From contig NC_045697.1 of the NCBI RefSeq assembly GCF_009834535.1, forward strand, positions 85,810,001 through 85,874,000: a stretch of DNA of 64,000 nucleotides, given 5' to 3'. The position numbers and the translations under genes are program-made. Below, in pieces: positions 1 to 12,366 of the stretch (within the stretch, counting starts at the first letter, position 1; each line of letters starts with the position of its first letter). The notes beneath the pieces were generated by a model that saw only the letters and a list, made by a program, of their open reading frames with translations, was not told where the DNA came from and did no database searches. The stretch is from Camelus ferus. Lineage: Eukaryota.

Positions 1-599
1 TTAGTCCTTTAGAAGATGGTCCCTTGAGATCAAGCATTTAATTTCATTTGCTATCAAGCAGTGGCCAGCTCAGTAATACACCTTGTGGTTGTTCTCCCTC
101 TTTTCTGCCCCGTTTCCTTTTCTCCACTCTAGTTTCCTTCACATTGCATTCCCTAATGTTGATGAGAATGTGAAGCAACTGAAACTTTTATCCATCCTGG
201 TTGGGATCTAAAATAATACAACCACTCTCTGATTGCCTGCGCTTTCCCCCTCCTTTTTGCCCTATGCCTACCTTTATAAAGCCTTATGTGAGTACACCCT
301 GTGGAGTCTCATGAGTCTTTTCAAGTATCTGATACTGTGCAGTTGCAGTGGTGGAACCAGAATTTGAATGCAGGTAAGATAGGTCCAGTGTCTACGCTCT
401 TAACCCTACACTGCGCTGTGTGGTGTAGCCCAGACAGCAGATGAAACCAAAAAATATGGAGGCATGAAATGACAATGTTTTGGGAAAAAGAAAATAAAGA
501 TAATGAGGAAGAGACAATAATCAAAGAAATAAAAGTTGAGAATTTTCCAGAATTGAAAAATACCATTTTTCACATTTTAAAATTACACCAAGTTATGAG

Positions 600-1222
600 T
601 GTATCAGTTGTCAATTTATTTCCTCTGAGCTCCAAATCCACCTTTTAATATATGTTTTGTAATAATGGATGAAATTACTTCAAGTATTTCTTTGCAGTGC
701 ATACCATGTTATACTTTCTCAAAGAAGGGCACTGCAGGGACATTACAGGAGTAAACGTCCATCCTGTTGCACCTTCAGTCAATGCTACAGGTATAAGAAC
801 ATACTCTGGCAAGACACATAACCAGAATGCATAATCCCTTGCCGACCTTGCAACCCTAGCCCAGTCTGATGGTAACCTTTCTCTGGCCCTGTTAATGTGG
901 ACACCATGTAGTCCTGGCCTCCTGCCAGCACTAGCACCCCTCCCACCCCTTCTGTACCTCTGTGAATCTAGCCTCTGGAAACACCAGTGAATTTCTCTGC
1001 CATCCAGTGGGCTGCAACTGTAAGCTTGAAACCCAGCTGCAGAGGCCAGAGCTGCTCTTTCAAGTTGTTCCTCCTTTGGAGGCTCTCCTTCAGCCCTCGG
1101 ATGCCTATGTACTTTTCTTAGATCTAAAGTTGCTCCTCTTATAATTTAGTAATTCTTTATATTAAACTTCTGTTTAACTCACTGTGTGTGTCTCTATGTC
1201 CTGATAGGAAACAGGAGATACA
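600..1222 (+). mobile_element. Solo ERVL-type LTR (LTR41/LTR33-like)
   Basis: Starts TGtatcagttgtc...ttcctctgagctccaaatccacc, has attaaa at about 1161 and ends ...gataCA. Family assignment is from memory. Confidence 0.55.
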
Positions 1223-1269
1223 GGAGTTGAGATAGTGGATAGATAGCAAAATTTCTTTAAAAAAATTTT

Positions 1270-2500
1270 TTCTCTATTAGGGAAGAACATAAGTGGAGCA
1301 GTTGCAATGAGAGTATCTGAGGTCAAGAGATGACTTTTTAATGACAGATAGTACAGCAAGTTTATAACTGAGTGGAAATATTTAGTGGAGAAAGAGAAAC
1401 TTACAGTGAAGGAATTAGTCCATAATAAGATAAAGGGGCGGGGGGTTAAATTCCAAGCAGAAATGGAAGGATGAGCTGTGAAAGAAGGAGGAATAGTTAT
1501 TTTCATTTTCAAAAGAGAAAAAACATAAATTAAGATTTGTGGAGATATTCAGATTTAGTGAACATTGGAGGTCCTATCTGAGTACTTCTATTTTCCTAAA
1601 AGAAATAGCAAGAAGAGTGAGCAACTAAGACAGACAGAGTAGAGTTTATTTATTCATATGAGAATAAAGGAGAAGGTATGGAATATTCATCTCAGAAAAT
1701 ATGAAGGCAAACGAACTAGGGAAGTATACTAAGACTGACCAGTGGTGTTAAATGGTCTCTTAAGGTTTTTGAATATTGTTGAAAAAGAGAAGAATCAAAA
1801 AGGACTTCTATGATTTTCTCAAAGAACTTCCAGCTGCTTAGGCACAGAGAAGGCAGATTACTCAGGTTTAGCTAGGATTGAATTTTTCCTAGGTAAGTAT
1901 GATAGAGGAAGAAGAGAATTAAAAATTTGTATAAGAGGAATTTCATTGCTGGACCATAGAATTTTAACCTGTGTGAGGAAGGGAGTAAAGACATGATGTT
2001 TTCATTCATAAAATGAGTAAGTTGAAAGGGCAATGGATTGGAGGCCTTGATGAAGTTGAATACTAAGAGGCATGGTATTGTAGTGGAGTCCTAGGATAAG
2101 AGAAGAGGTAACAGTCAGAGAGGAGATACAGTTAAAGGTGATGATGAAGTCTGAGGTGGGACCATGAAATTTGTTGGCTAGAGGAGGTAATTGGAGGCAA
2201 GGAGGCCAAGGAACTCAAGAGGCCAGTGTTGGATGAGTCATCCAGAAAATGTTGGTTGGTATCCCATGATTAATGTTTGGTGTAGAGGTGGAGAAAAAGA
2301 TAATGAGCCAAGTTTTATAAAGCCTTTGGTAAATATGAGGGGTGGAAAGAAGGTAGACACATAACAGAAAACAGAAAAGAAAATTGGAAACATAGTCTTT
2401 AGAGTATACAAACTTTAAAGGAGATGAGTTTTTGAGAGAAAGAGGGATTAGTGGCGTGGAAAGTTTATGGAAAATATCCCATCTCAGAGGAATATGGATT
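1270..2500 (-). mobile_element. Old LINE-2 fragment(s)
   Basis: Purine-rich degenerate sequence typical of antisense L2 body; boundaries approximate. Confidence 0.45.
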
Positions 2501-2539
2501 GGGTATATAGAAAAAATCTTTAGAGTGGGAGGGTAGGAC

Positions 2540-2690
2540 TATGAGGGGGTATGAGGGGACTTTTGGGGGTGATGGATATGCTCATTATCTTATGTAATAG
2601 TTTCATGAATATACACATATATAAACTTAAAAATTAGATACTTTAAAAATGTACAATTTGTCATATATTAAATATACCTCGATAAAGATA
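2540..2690 (+). mobile_element. Old L1 (L1MB-like) 3' end
   Basis: ttttgggggtgatggatatgctcattatct...tatacctcgataaag matches an L1M 3' UTR terminus. Confidence 0.6.
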
Positions 2691-3654
2691 TGAAAACAAC
2701 TACACTTACAAGGATCACAGGGGAAGTTGGGCCCTCGGGCAAAAGCAAGGATTTGCTGGCAAACAGGAAATAAACAGTCGGAGAAATAGTTGAGAAAATA
2801 AGGAAGTTTGTATAGCACAGATTGTTTAAATTCCACTGAACTTGAGGGAAGGATTGGAGGGGGCACATGGAAAGGAGTGGCTCACATCAGAGGCTACATA
2901 AGGCAAAATGAGACAAAAGCCAGGTAATGACACGTGACCCGAAAGCCATGGATATGTATAATAACCCTGATAACAGGACAGTGAAACCAGACGAGGTTAG
3001 TCTTAACGGCCTCATAGAGAAATCACGATTACTAAAGGGTTTCAAATACTAAATCCTATTCATTGCTTGTTTAAAAAGTTTGAACTCCTCAGCTCTTTTT
3101 GCCAAAAATCTCAGTTTAGATGTAGACTTTTTCTTCATGTTGTTGTTATTTTGAAGCATTGTGTGTGTCAGTGTGCATTTATGTGGGTGTGTGTATCACA
3201 TCTGAGGCAGTAATTCAATATTCTATGTATTGATTTTTTTTTGCTACATTTTGTACTTAAAAAGAAAAATACACAGTGACTTTGGAGTTTACCACAGTGA
3301 CCATTAATTCCACGTAGTTTTCAAAGTTATACTAAAGGAACAATGAAGCAAAGAAACTTCAATCAATAATTATTCCCACTCTCTCTGATTATGACACTTG
3401 GTATCACTGATGGGTGAGGAGCAACAATAACTTATAGAAAGATTCATACTGTATAGAAATGCTTAAGATATTATGGGCTTTAGTTTAATTGCTTGAAGAG
3501 AAATCTAAGAGATCAATGTGTATCAAGAAGACATTTGAGGTTCTTTGACAGAACACCCCAAAATTTCCCACCTTTCTTTAATCCTCAATAAGGTAGAGTA
3601 GAAATAAAAAATGCAATTCCTTTTTCACCCATGACACACAATACTAACATATCT

Positions 3655-4610
3655 CAAACACCTGAACATGTCACCTGAAATCATAAAACTAGAGAAAACA
3701 TGGTAAACTCCTAAACATTGGTGTTGATGATGATTTTTTGACATTGACACCAAAAACAAAGGCAACAAAAGCAAAAAGAAGTGAGACTACATCAAACTCA
3801 AAAGCTTCTGCACAGCAAAAGAATCTATCAACAAAATTAAGACAATGTACTTACTGAATGGGAGAACATATTTATCTGATAAAGGGTTAATATCCAAAGT
3901 ATATATAGAACTGTTCAACAGAAAAAAATTTCAACTAAGAAATGGACAGAGAAACTGGATGACAACAGGTGCATAAAAAATGTTCATCACTAACACAGAG
4001 ATACACATTAAAATGACAGTGAGATATCAACTCGACCTATTAGAATCGCTATTATCAAAAAGACAAGAAATAACAAGAGTTGGCAAGGATGTGAAGATAA
4101 GGGAAACCTTGTTATTGTGGGATTGTAAGCTGGTGCAACCACTATGGGAAACATTATGGAAGTTCCTCAAAATATTAAAAATAGAACTACCATATCATCC
4201 AGTAATTCCACTTCTGGGTGTTTACCCTAAGCAAACAAATCACTATATCCAAAAGCTATCTGCAACCCCCACATTTATTGCAGCATTATTTACAATAGCC
4301 AAGATAAGGAAGCAACCTACGTGCTCACTAATGGATGGATGGATGAAGAAAATGTACCATACATACAATGTAATATTATTCATCCATTTAAGACAGCATG
4401 GTGAACCTTGAGGGCATTGTGCTAAGTGAAATAAGTCAGACAGAGAAAGACAAATACCATATGATCTCACTTACACATGGAATTTTTTCAAAAAAAAATC
4501 TCAGTTGGTATTGGTAGTTGCCACAGGTAGGAAGTTGATGGGGTGGGGAGTGAGATGGTAGACTGCCAGTCATAAGATGAGTAAGACACAGACGAATGCC
4601 TTGTGATAAT
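3655..4610 (+). mobile_element. 5'-truncated L1 (ORF2 C-terminus and 3' UTR), decayed
   Basis: ORF 3980-4411 encodes L1 ORF2 C-terminal motifs ([30 protein letters not shown]). Confidence 0.9.
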
Positions 4611-4812
4611 GTAGGCAGAGCCAAGGAACATCAAGGACTGCAGAAGCTAGAAGAAGCAAAGAAGGATCTTCCTACCCTAGAGCCTTCAAACAGAGCATGG
4701 CCCTGCTTGATTTCAGACCTCTGGCCTCCAGAACTGTGAAAGAATACACTTCTGTTTGTAAAGTCACCCAGTTTGTGGTAATTTATTATGGCAGCCCTAG
4801 GAAACTGATACA
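4611..4812 (+). mobile_element. MaLR LTR 3' half (MLT1B/C-like)
   Basis: agccaaggaa...cttgatttcagacctctggcctccagaactgtga...ggcagccctaggaaactgataca is the canonical MLT1 3' end. Confidence 0.8.
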
Positions 4813-6329
4813 TGCCCTAACTCCTAGTGGGTGACCTTCTGTGAATCAAATCAGAGCCTAAGGTTTTTGTGAAGGTCTCTCTGTCTAGGCCTCTTCCTCC
4901 CCAGCACTACATGACCACTGAAATATTTGCCCAGGGATTTAGCCTCCCAGTTACTGCTTTCTGCTTCAGTTTTCCTGGAGTCTTGCCCTTCACTTGCACA
5001 ATTTAGGAGTTAGAGAATTCCTTGAGAGGAGATTGCCCAGATATTTTGAAGGTCTCTTCCCTGTGGTTCTATCCTCTTTGGGATTTTGTTCCTGAAGTCC
5101 TAGGCACTTCAACAGCACCAAACTACATCCTCTTCCCTTCTCATCCAGTGGGAACTGAAGATTTTTTTTCTTAGGACTCTTTTCTCTCACACTGAATAAT
5201 TTACATGCTCTCAGATATCTCAGGTAAAATCTTTAGAGTTCTGTGTAAAATTATAGATTCAAAATTATTTTTCCTCAGTACTTTGAAGGCATTAATCTAT
5301 TATTGTATTGTTTCCTCAGTTGCTGATATGAAATTTTATACAAAAAAAAAATCTGCTGTTCTCTCCACCCCAGAAACATTCAAAATCTTGTTTTTCTTCA
5401 TATTTTGTGATTTATGCAGGTATGCCTAGAAGTAGCACTGTTCTTATTCATCCTGCTGAACCTTTGGTGAGCCTTTTCAGTAGGAAATTTTCAACTAATT
5501 TTTAATTTATATGAATTTTCTTCTATTATTTCTCTTTTTAGTTCTTCTAAACAAATTTGTATAATTGGCTTTAAATATTTAAACTCATGGATTGACCATC
5601 TATATCTCTCCAGTTTTCTCATATTTTATACCTTTGAGTCTTTTGCTCCATATTACAGGAGACTTCTTTAAATTTTGATCCAAACTCTACTATATCTACC
5701 TATTGATATCTACATCTAATATATTTTACTTTTATTACTTATTTTTGTAATTTCTAAAAATACATTCTTATTCCCTTATTGATCTTTACTTATAGTAGGC
5801 TATTAGTTTATTTCTCAAATATACCTGAAGCAAAATTCTGGAAGGATAAATAAAACACAAGTAATGGTAATTGACTCTGGGGAGGAGAACTCAGACCTGG
5901 ACATACAGGGGAACTACTGTATAATTTGAATTTTCACCATGCATATATATTACTGAATTTTTAAAATTTAGCCAATAAATATATCTCTAAAAATACTACT
6001 TTACTTATTTTGTCCCTTGATTTTTCTCTTTTGGTGCTGGCATTAGATATTTGATTGTTCATCTTGGTGTCTCTCTTTTGGGCTGCTTAATTTTTCTCCA
6101 ACATTTGATACTTACTGGTGGTCTATTCATAGGCATAAATGAGAACTATGCTAATTAGATGGGTAAGTAGTGTGGGTTTCTCTGCTATTGTTTGAACTTG
6201 TTTTCCCCCAAAGTACTATTCCTTGAATGGGAGTATGACTCTGCCTCTAAGCACATGGGTAGAAGATACTGATTGAAAGTCTTCCCTTTATGATAGGTAG
6301 GCAAGAACTGAGAATATGAAGACACTTAC

Positions 6330-6842
6330 TGTGATAGATTATTTACCAAAATTACTTCAATAATTTCTCTTCCTGTAGCCACACCCTTTGTAACAAGACA
6401 CTGCAATTTTCCTCACCAAGAGATAGCAATCTCCTCACCTCTTGAATCTGGGCAGAACTTGTAATTTGCTTTGACCAATAAAGTACAACAGATTGAGTGA
6501 TGTGCCAGTTCCAATCTAGCCCTCAAAAAGCATTGCAAATTTTGCTCACTCTCTTAGAAGCCTACCTGCTACCATGAGAACATCTGGGATAGCCTGACTG
6601 AGAATGAGAGACCAGAAGGAATCAAAATGAGCCATCCTAAGCTAGGATTCTTGTTCATTCACTCCTTAGTTGACCCAGCAACTAACTGTCGATGTAAGAA
6701 TAAGCCCGGCCAAGATCTGAAGAACCATCCAGCTGAGCCTATCTCAGATTGTCAACCCACATAATCATAAGCTAAGTAGTTTACCTCTTTAAGCCACAAA
6801 ATTTTGGGATAGTGTGTTATGCAACAGTATCTGACTGATACA
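6330..6842 (+). mobile_element. MaLR LTR (MLT1F/G/H-like)
   Basis: TG...CA ends, ttgctttgaccaata motif and terminal ttttaagccac...tgttatgcaacag...ctgataca. Confidence 0.7.
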
Positions 6843-7589
6843 CTCTTCTCACCCACCCCTAAATGCCAAAATAAAAAGAATGTTATTATTTTGGGGTGCA
6901 AATATATATGCCAAGAGCTCTACACCCCATCAGAGCTTTCAATTTCTTTAGAAATTAGCTTCCCTCCCATGCTACCAGTCACTTTGTACACTCCAGGAAA
7001 AAGCAGGGGTGGACTTTGTCAATTTACCACCCTATTTTTTTTAGCTCCACCCCCTCACTCACCCTTTCTTACTCTTGCTTATTCTATCTACTGACTCCAA
7101 TTTAGTAACCTTTACTAGAACTCCATTGGGAAGACTGGTTCCTATATCCACTGCAGCCATGGCTCTGCAAAGTCAAGAGGAAAGCCCCCTCCAATTTAGT
7201 AACCTTTACTAGAACTCATGTATAGAGAAGATGGTAAAAATACTTATGTACAGTTAAAGAATAATGATAAAAATTAAAACTTACTAATCTATTATCTGAG
7301 TAAAGAAACAGACAGTTCCTAATACCTTAGAAGCTTCCTGTGTGCTCCTTATGTTTATACTCCTCTGTCCCCAGAAAATAACCACTGACATGATTTTATC
7401 TTAATCATTATTATGTTTACTTAAGTTTTACTAGCAGTGTAAGAATCTCCAAGGAATGTGTTGTTTAGTTTTTTGTTTGTTTTTATGCGTAGAAAGCATA
7501 AACCCAGCTGTTTAAGGAAAGGGCAATATTGCCACCATCAGGTAAAAGCTCCTGGGAGATATATAACCTGAACAGTCTCTAGGTTATAA

Positions 7590-7815
7590 TCAAATTTCAA
7601 CTTCACTGAAACTTTACATATTTGGATGTTATTAAGAGAATAGATCCTTATCATAAGAAAAGTTCTTATCATAAGAAAAAAAAATCTGTAGAAATGGTGA
7701 TGGATGTTATTTTATTTAAACCTATGGTCATAATCATTTCACAATATATACAAACATCAAATTGTTATGTTGTACCCCTGAAACTAATATAATGTACGTC
7801 AATTATACTTTATTA
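7590..7815 (+). mobile_element. L1MA-like 3' terminal fragment
   Basis: aagagaatagatc...gtgatggatgtta...catttcacaatatatacaaacatcaaattgttatgttgtacccctgaaactaat matches an L1 3' UTR end. Confidence 0.7.
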
Positions 7816-8259
7816 TTTTTTTCATCTCTACTGAAGGTTTAAGACAACTTTCTGAGGAATGCAATAATGGGCAAGATATGAGTGAGTCCTGGGAATCACC
7901 AGGTTTCTGTAGTTGGTTATTTGGTAGAACTATAATGTGAACTCGAGATTAGATAGTTCATAATGTGAACAGACATGGCATAAGGATGGTCAAAAAGAAT
8001 AAACTGCTCTACATTTCTCCTTCCAGGCTCACCATGCCTATGACCAGTGCCCAGGAGAAGTTCAGTTCAGAACACTTCTGTTGGGTGAAATGAATGTCAA
8101 ACTAATCCAGGCAGTAAGATACGAGGAGAAAGTAGAAATGACATCAGCACTGGTCAGGACATGCCTAGTTCAGATTAAAAATGGGATTGTGATCATCTGA
8201 CCTTTTGTCTTCAATTTAAAAACATAATATGATAGAAGTGGGGATGTTAATGACAACAG

Positions 8260-9945
8260 ACTTCAATAAATTAATCTCCAGGTCAGACCTCTCTCACAAA
8301 CTTCTGACTCATACTGTTCTTGACATTTCCACTTAGATTTCTTTTTTTTCTTTCTCTTTTCTTTTAATTGAAGTATAGTCAGTTTACAATATTGTGTCAA
8401 TTTCTGGTGTATAGCATAATAGTTCAGTCAAATATACACACATATATTCTTTTCCAGTATAGGTTACTACAAGATACTGAATATAGTTCCCTATGCTATA
8501 CAGTATAAACTTGTTGTTTATCTATTTTATATGTAGTAGTTAGATCTGCAAATCTCAAACTCCCAATTTATCCTTTCCCATCCCTTACCCTTCTGGTAAC
8601 TATAACTTTGTTTTCTATGTCTGAGTCTGTTTCTGTTTTGTGAGTAAGTTCATTTGTCTTTTTCTTCCCCAGATTCCACATACAAGTGATATCATATGGT
8701 ATTTTTCATTCTCTTTCTGGCTTACTTAGAATAACAATCTCTAGGTCCATCCATGTTGCTGCAAATGACATTATTTTATTATTTTTTAATGGCCGAGTAG
8801 TATTCCATTGTATAAATATACCACAGCTTCTTTATCTAGTCCTCTGTCAATGGACATTTAGGTTGTTTCCATGTCTTGGCTATTGCAAATAGTGCTCCTG
8901 TGAACACTGGAGTGTATGTATCTTTTCGAATTAAAGTTCCCTCTTCCACTTAGATTCCTAATGGGTATATGAAACTCAAATGTCCAAGGTAAATTTCTAA
9001 CCTCACTTCTCCATCCCCTGAAATCTTCTCCAAATGCAGCCTTCTTCATTTCAGTTGATAGTAAACCCATCTTTCCAGGTGCTCCCACCAAAACTTTGAG
9101 CACATCCTTAATTCCTTTCTTTTATGTATCACATCCAACTCATCAGGAAATCCTCTTGAATGCTTCAAAAATACCAAAATTCAGCAATTCAAAAATATCA
9201 AAATTCAACTAATTTTACTACCTCCATTGCCACCATCCTGGTCCATGACACGGTCTTACCTGGATTATGACAACAGCTTCCCAACTGGTCTTGGTTTTAC
9301 CCTTGGTCTCTATTGCTTATTTTTCAACTCTCTCTGTTGGAGCAAGGTGATCCAAGAGATTACATGTTTATTCCTTTATTCACCAACTACATACTGAGCT
9401 GCTACTATGTATCAGATCCTCGATATTCACTGATGTACGCCAGGTGTCTAAAGCAGACATATTTATGTGCCTTTCATGGCCTCTATGTTTTATTGTGGGA
9501 GAGAAGAAACCAGACATTAAACAGAAAGCAATTATATAATGTGTGGTCATTTTCAAGTTTAAGTCAGATAATGTAATTTTTCTGCCCAGAAGCTTTCAAA
9601 GGCTTCTCATTTTACATAGGGTAAAGGCCTTTACAGTGGCTCACAGAGTCTCCTCATTTGCTTCTCTGACATTCTCAAAATACTTATTTTATGCTAGACA
9701 CAGTGATATTTTTACAGTTACTTAAATATACCAGGATTCTAAATGTAATTCCATCATAAGCACTGCTCTAGCTATTTCATCAGCCAATATTATTTACCCC
9801 AAATAACTATTTGGCCAAATCCTCACCTCCTTCATACCATTACTCAAATTTTGCCTCCTTAAGGATTCCAGCCTAGACTACCCTACTTAATATTAAACTA
9901 TACACTACCTTCTACCACTGACATTTTATCCCTTTACACAGCCTT
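8260..9945 (+). mobile_element. LINE-2, interrupted by the L1 at 8340-8943
   Basis: tctccaggtcagacctctct...gacatttccacttagat...aaactcaaatgtccaag...ccattgccaccatcctggtcca are L2 3'-region motifs. Confidence 0.7.
8340..8943 (-). mobile_element. Lineage-specific 5'-truncated L1 with 13-bp TSD
   Basis: Poly-T start and antisense L1 3' UTR; TSD ttccacttagatt at 8327-8339 and 8944-8956; inserted in an L2. Confidence 0.9.
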
Positions 9946-9947
9946 GC

Positions 9948-11375
9948 CATCCCAAAGCAACTGAATATGCATTCTTTTCACGTACACATGGAATGTTCTC
10001 CAAGACAGGTCACATGCTAGGTCACAGAACAAGTTTCAGTAAATATAAGAATGAAATAATATCAAACATATTTTCCAACCACAACACTATGAAACTAGAG
10101 GTCAAGTACAAGAAAATCTACCAAAAAACACAGACACATGGAGATGGAGTAAAAAGTATGGTACTAAACAACCAATGGGTCACTAAGGAAATCAGAGAGG
10201 AAATCAAGAAATACTGTAGACAAATGAAAACAAAACACAACAATCCAAAATTTATGGGACACAGCTTCTCTGCACAGCAAAGGAAATCATAAGCAAAATA
10301 AAGAGACAACCTATGAAATGGGAGAAAATATTTGCAAAAGATGAGACTGACAAGGGCTTAATTTCCAGAATATATAAACAGCTCATACAACTTAAGAAAA
10401 AATCAAGCAAACCAATCCAAAAATGGGCAGAAGACCTAAACAAGCAATTCTCCAATGAAGAAACACAAATGGCCAACAGGCACATGAAAAAATGCTCAAT
10501 ATCGCTAATTATCAGAGAAATGAAAATCAAAACTATAATGAGTTATCACCTCACACTAGTTAGAATGGCCATCATTCAAAAGTCCACAAATGATGAATGC
10601 TGGCGAGGCTGTGGAGAAAAGGGAACCCTCCTACACTATTGGTGGGAATGTAGTGTGGTGCAACCATTATGGAAAACAGTATGGAGATTCCTCAAAAGAA
10701 TGAAAATAGACTTACCATATGATCCAGCAATCCCTCTCCTGGGCATATATCCAGAAGGAACCCTATTTCAGAATGACACCTGCACCCCAATGTTCATAGC
10801 AGCACTATTTACAATAGCCAAGACTTGGAAACAACCTAAATGTCCATCAACAGATGACTGGATATAGAAGCTGTGGTATGTTTACATGATGGAATACTAC
10901 TCAGCCATAAAAAATAATAAAATAATGTCATTTGCAGCAACATAGATGGACCTGGAGAATGTCATTCAAAGTGAAGTAAGCCAGAAAGAAAGACAAATAC
11001 CATATGATATCACTTACATTTGGAATCTAAAAAAAAAAAAACAAATGAACTTATTTACAAAACAGAAACAGACTCACACACGTAGAAAACAAACTTATGG
11101 TTATCAGGGGGAAAGGGAGTGGGAAGGGATAAACTGGGGGTTTGAGATTTGCAGATACTTATATATATATATATAAAATAGATAAATAAGTTTATGCTGT
11201 ATAGCACAGGGAACTACATTCAATATCTTGTAGTAGCTTATGGTAAAAAAAGAATACAAAAATGAATATATGTATGTTCATGTATGGCTGGGGCATTGTG
11301 CTATACACCAGAAATTGACACAACACTGTAAACTGACTATACCTCAATAAAAAAAACAAAAATAAAATTTTAAAA
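9948..11375 (+). mobile_element. Lineage-specific L1 with a large internal deletion
   Basis: End of the endonuclease region (9950-10265, EIISNIFSNHN) is joined directly to the ORF2 C-terminus (ORF 10313-10867, [10 protein letters not shown]...), then 3' UTR and poly-A. Confidence 0.9.
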
Positions 11376-12366
11376 GAGAGTCATTGAGCATAAAAATAAG
11401 ATAGTATATAAAATACTCAGCACAGTGGCACATAGACCAGCTAATATAATTTAGGTAATACATTACTAGTTCAATAAGGAACAGGAACAGTGTGTCCTTT
11501 TTAAACATGAAGATAAGGCATTTAAAAAGTAAAAAAAAAAATTTTTAAGTAAAATATTTTTAAGTAATACCTAAGCACAATGTTCTATTTTTCACTGAAA
11601 TTTCCCCAACTGTATGGTAAAGGGACTATCTTATCTAAAACATTTGGCAATGATATAGAGATGTTTGGGAGGAGTATTTGGCATCTTAGAGAAGATATTG
11701 ATATATATGATATTTATACCTATTAACTGAATTTATTTCACCCAGAGTAAATAGTTACTGTAACCCATGCTCCCTAGGACAATCTATCAGACCATAAAGC
11801 AGCATTTTTTTCTCACTAATCATGACCGAAGTAGATGAAAAGTACTTACGTAGTGTCTGGTTTATAGCGAGCTCTGTCTAAGAGATTTACAAAAATGATT
11901 TTAGTTCACACTGACATCATTCCTTTGTAATAGAGAAGGGAGGACTTCAAACAATCCTATACAAGATAAATCACAAGGTTCAGAGAGGCTAAATGAATTT
12001 GAATATGTTTGAAAAATAATGGACAGAACCAGATCTCCACCTTTATTCCATTTATTAGACTGTTCTCTCTCATTGAGTGCATAAAAAATGATTTCAATTT
12101 TAGAGTGCAAAGATGCAATTGTAACCTAACACTAATTAATTCACTAGATAAGTAGTTTTTGAAGTCTCACTATAAGTCAAGCAAAGACTTATAAGAAGCT
12201 TGAGACATAAGGGTCAACAACTCAGGTCCCTGCTCTTGTAGAGCTTAACATTTTTTAGTGAAGAGGAACAGAAATATCCAAGTATATTCATGCATGAACA
12301 GATTAATTTCAGCATTGAAAAGAGCTATGAAGAAACTAAAACATGGTGCTGTAATAGAGAATGGCT

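Noticed and set aside
7095..7217. CRISPR-like repeat-spacer-repeat
   Set aside because: Only two copies, 65-bp spacer, mammalian context and no cas genes.
9165..9215. Short tandem duplications (also about 7627-7678, 22471-22493 and 61118-61151)
   Set aside because: Ordinary slippage duplications with no sign of function.
10313..10867. Longest ORF (184 aa) as a host gene
   Set aside because: It is the L1 ORF2 C-terminal region within a truncated, deleted L1. The same applies to ORFs at 3980, 42428, 43183, 57199-60304 and 62908.
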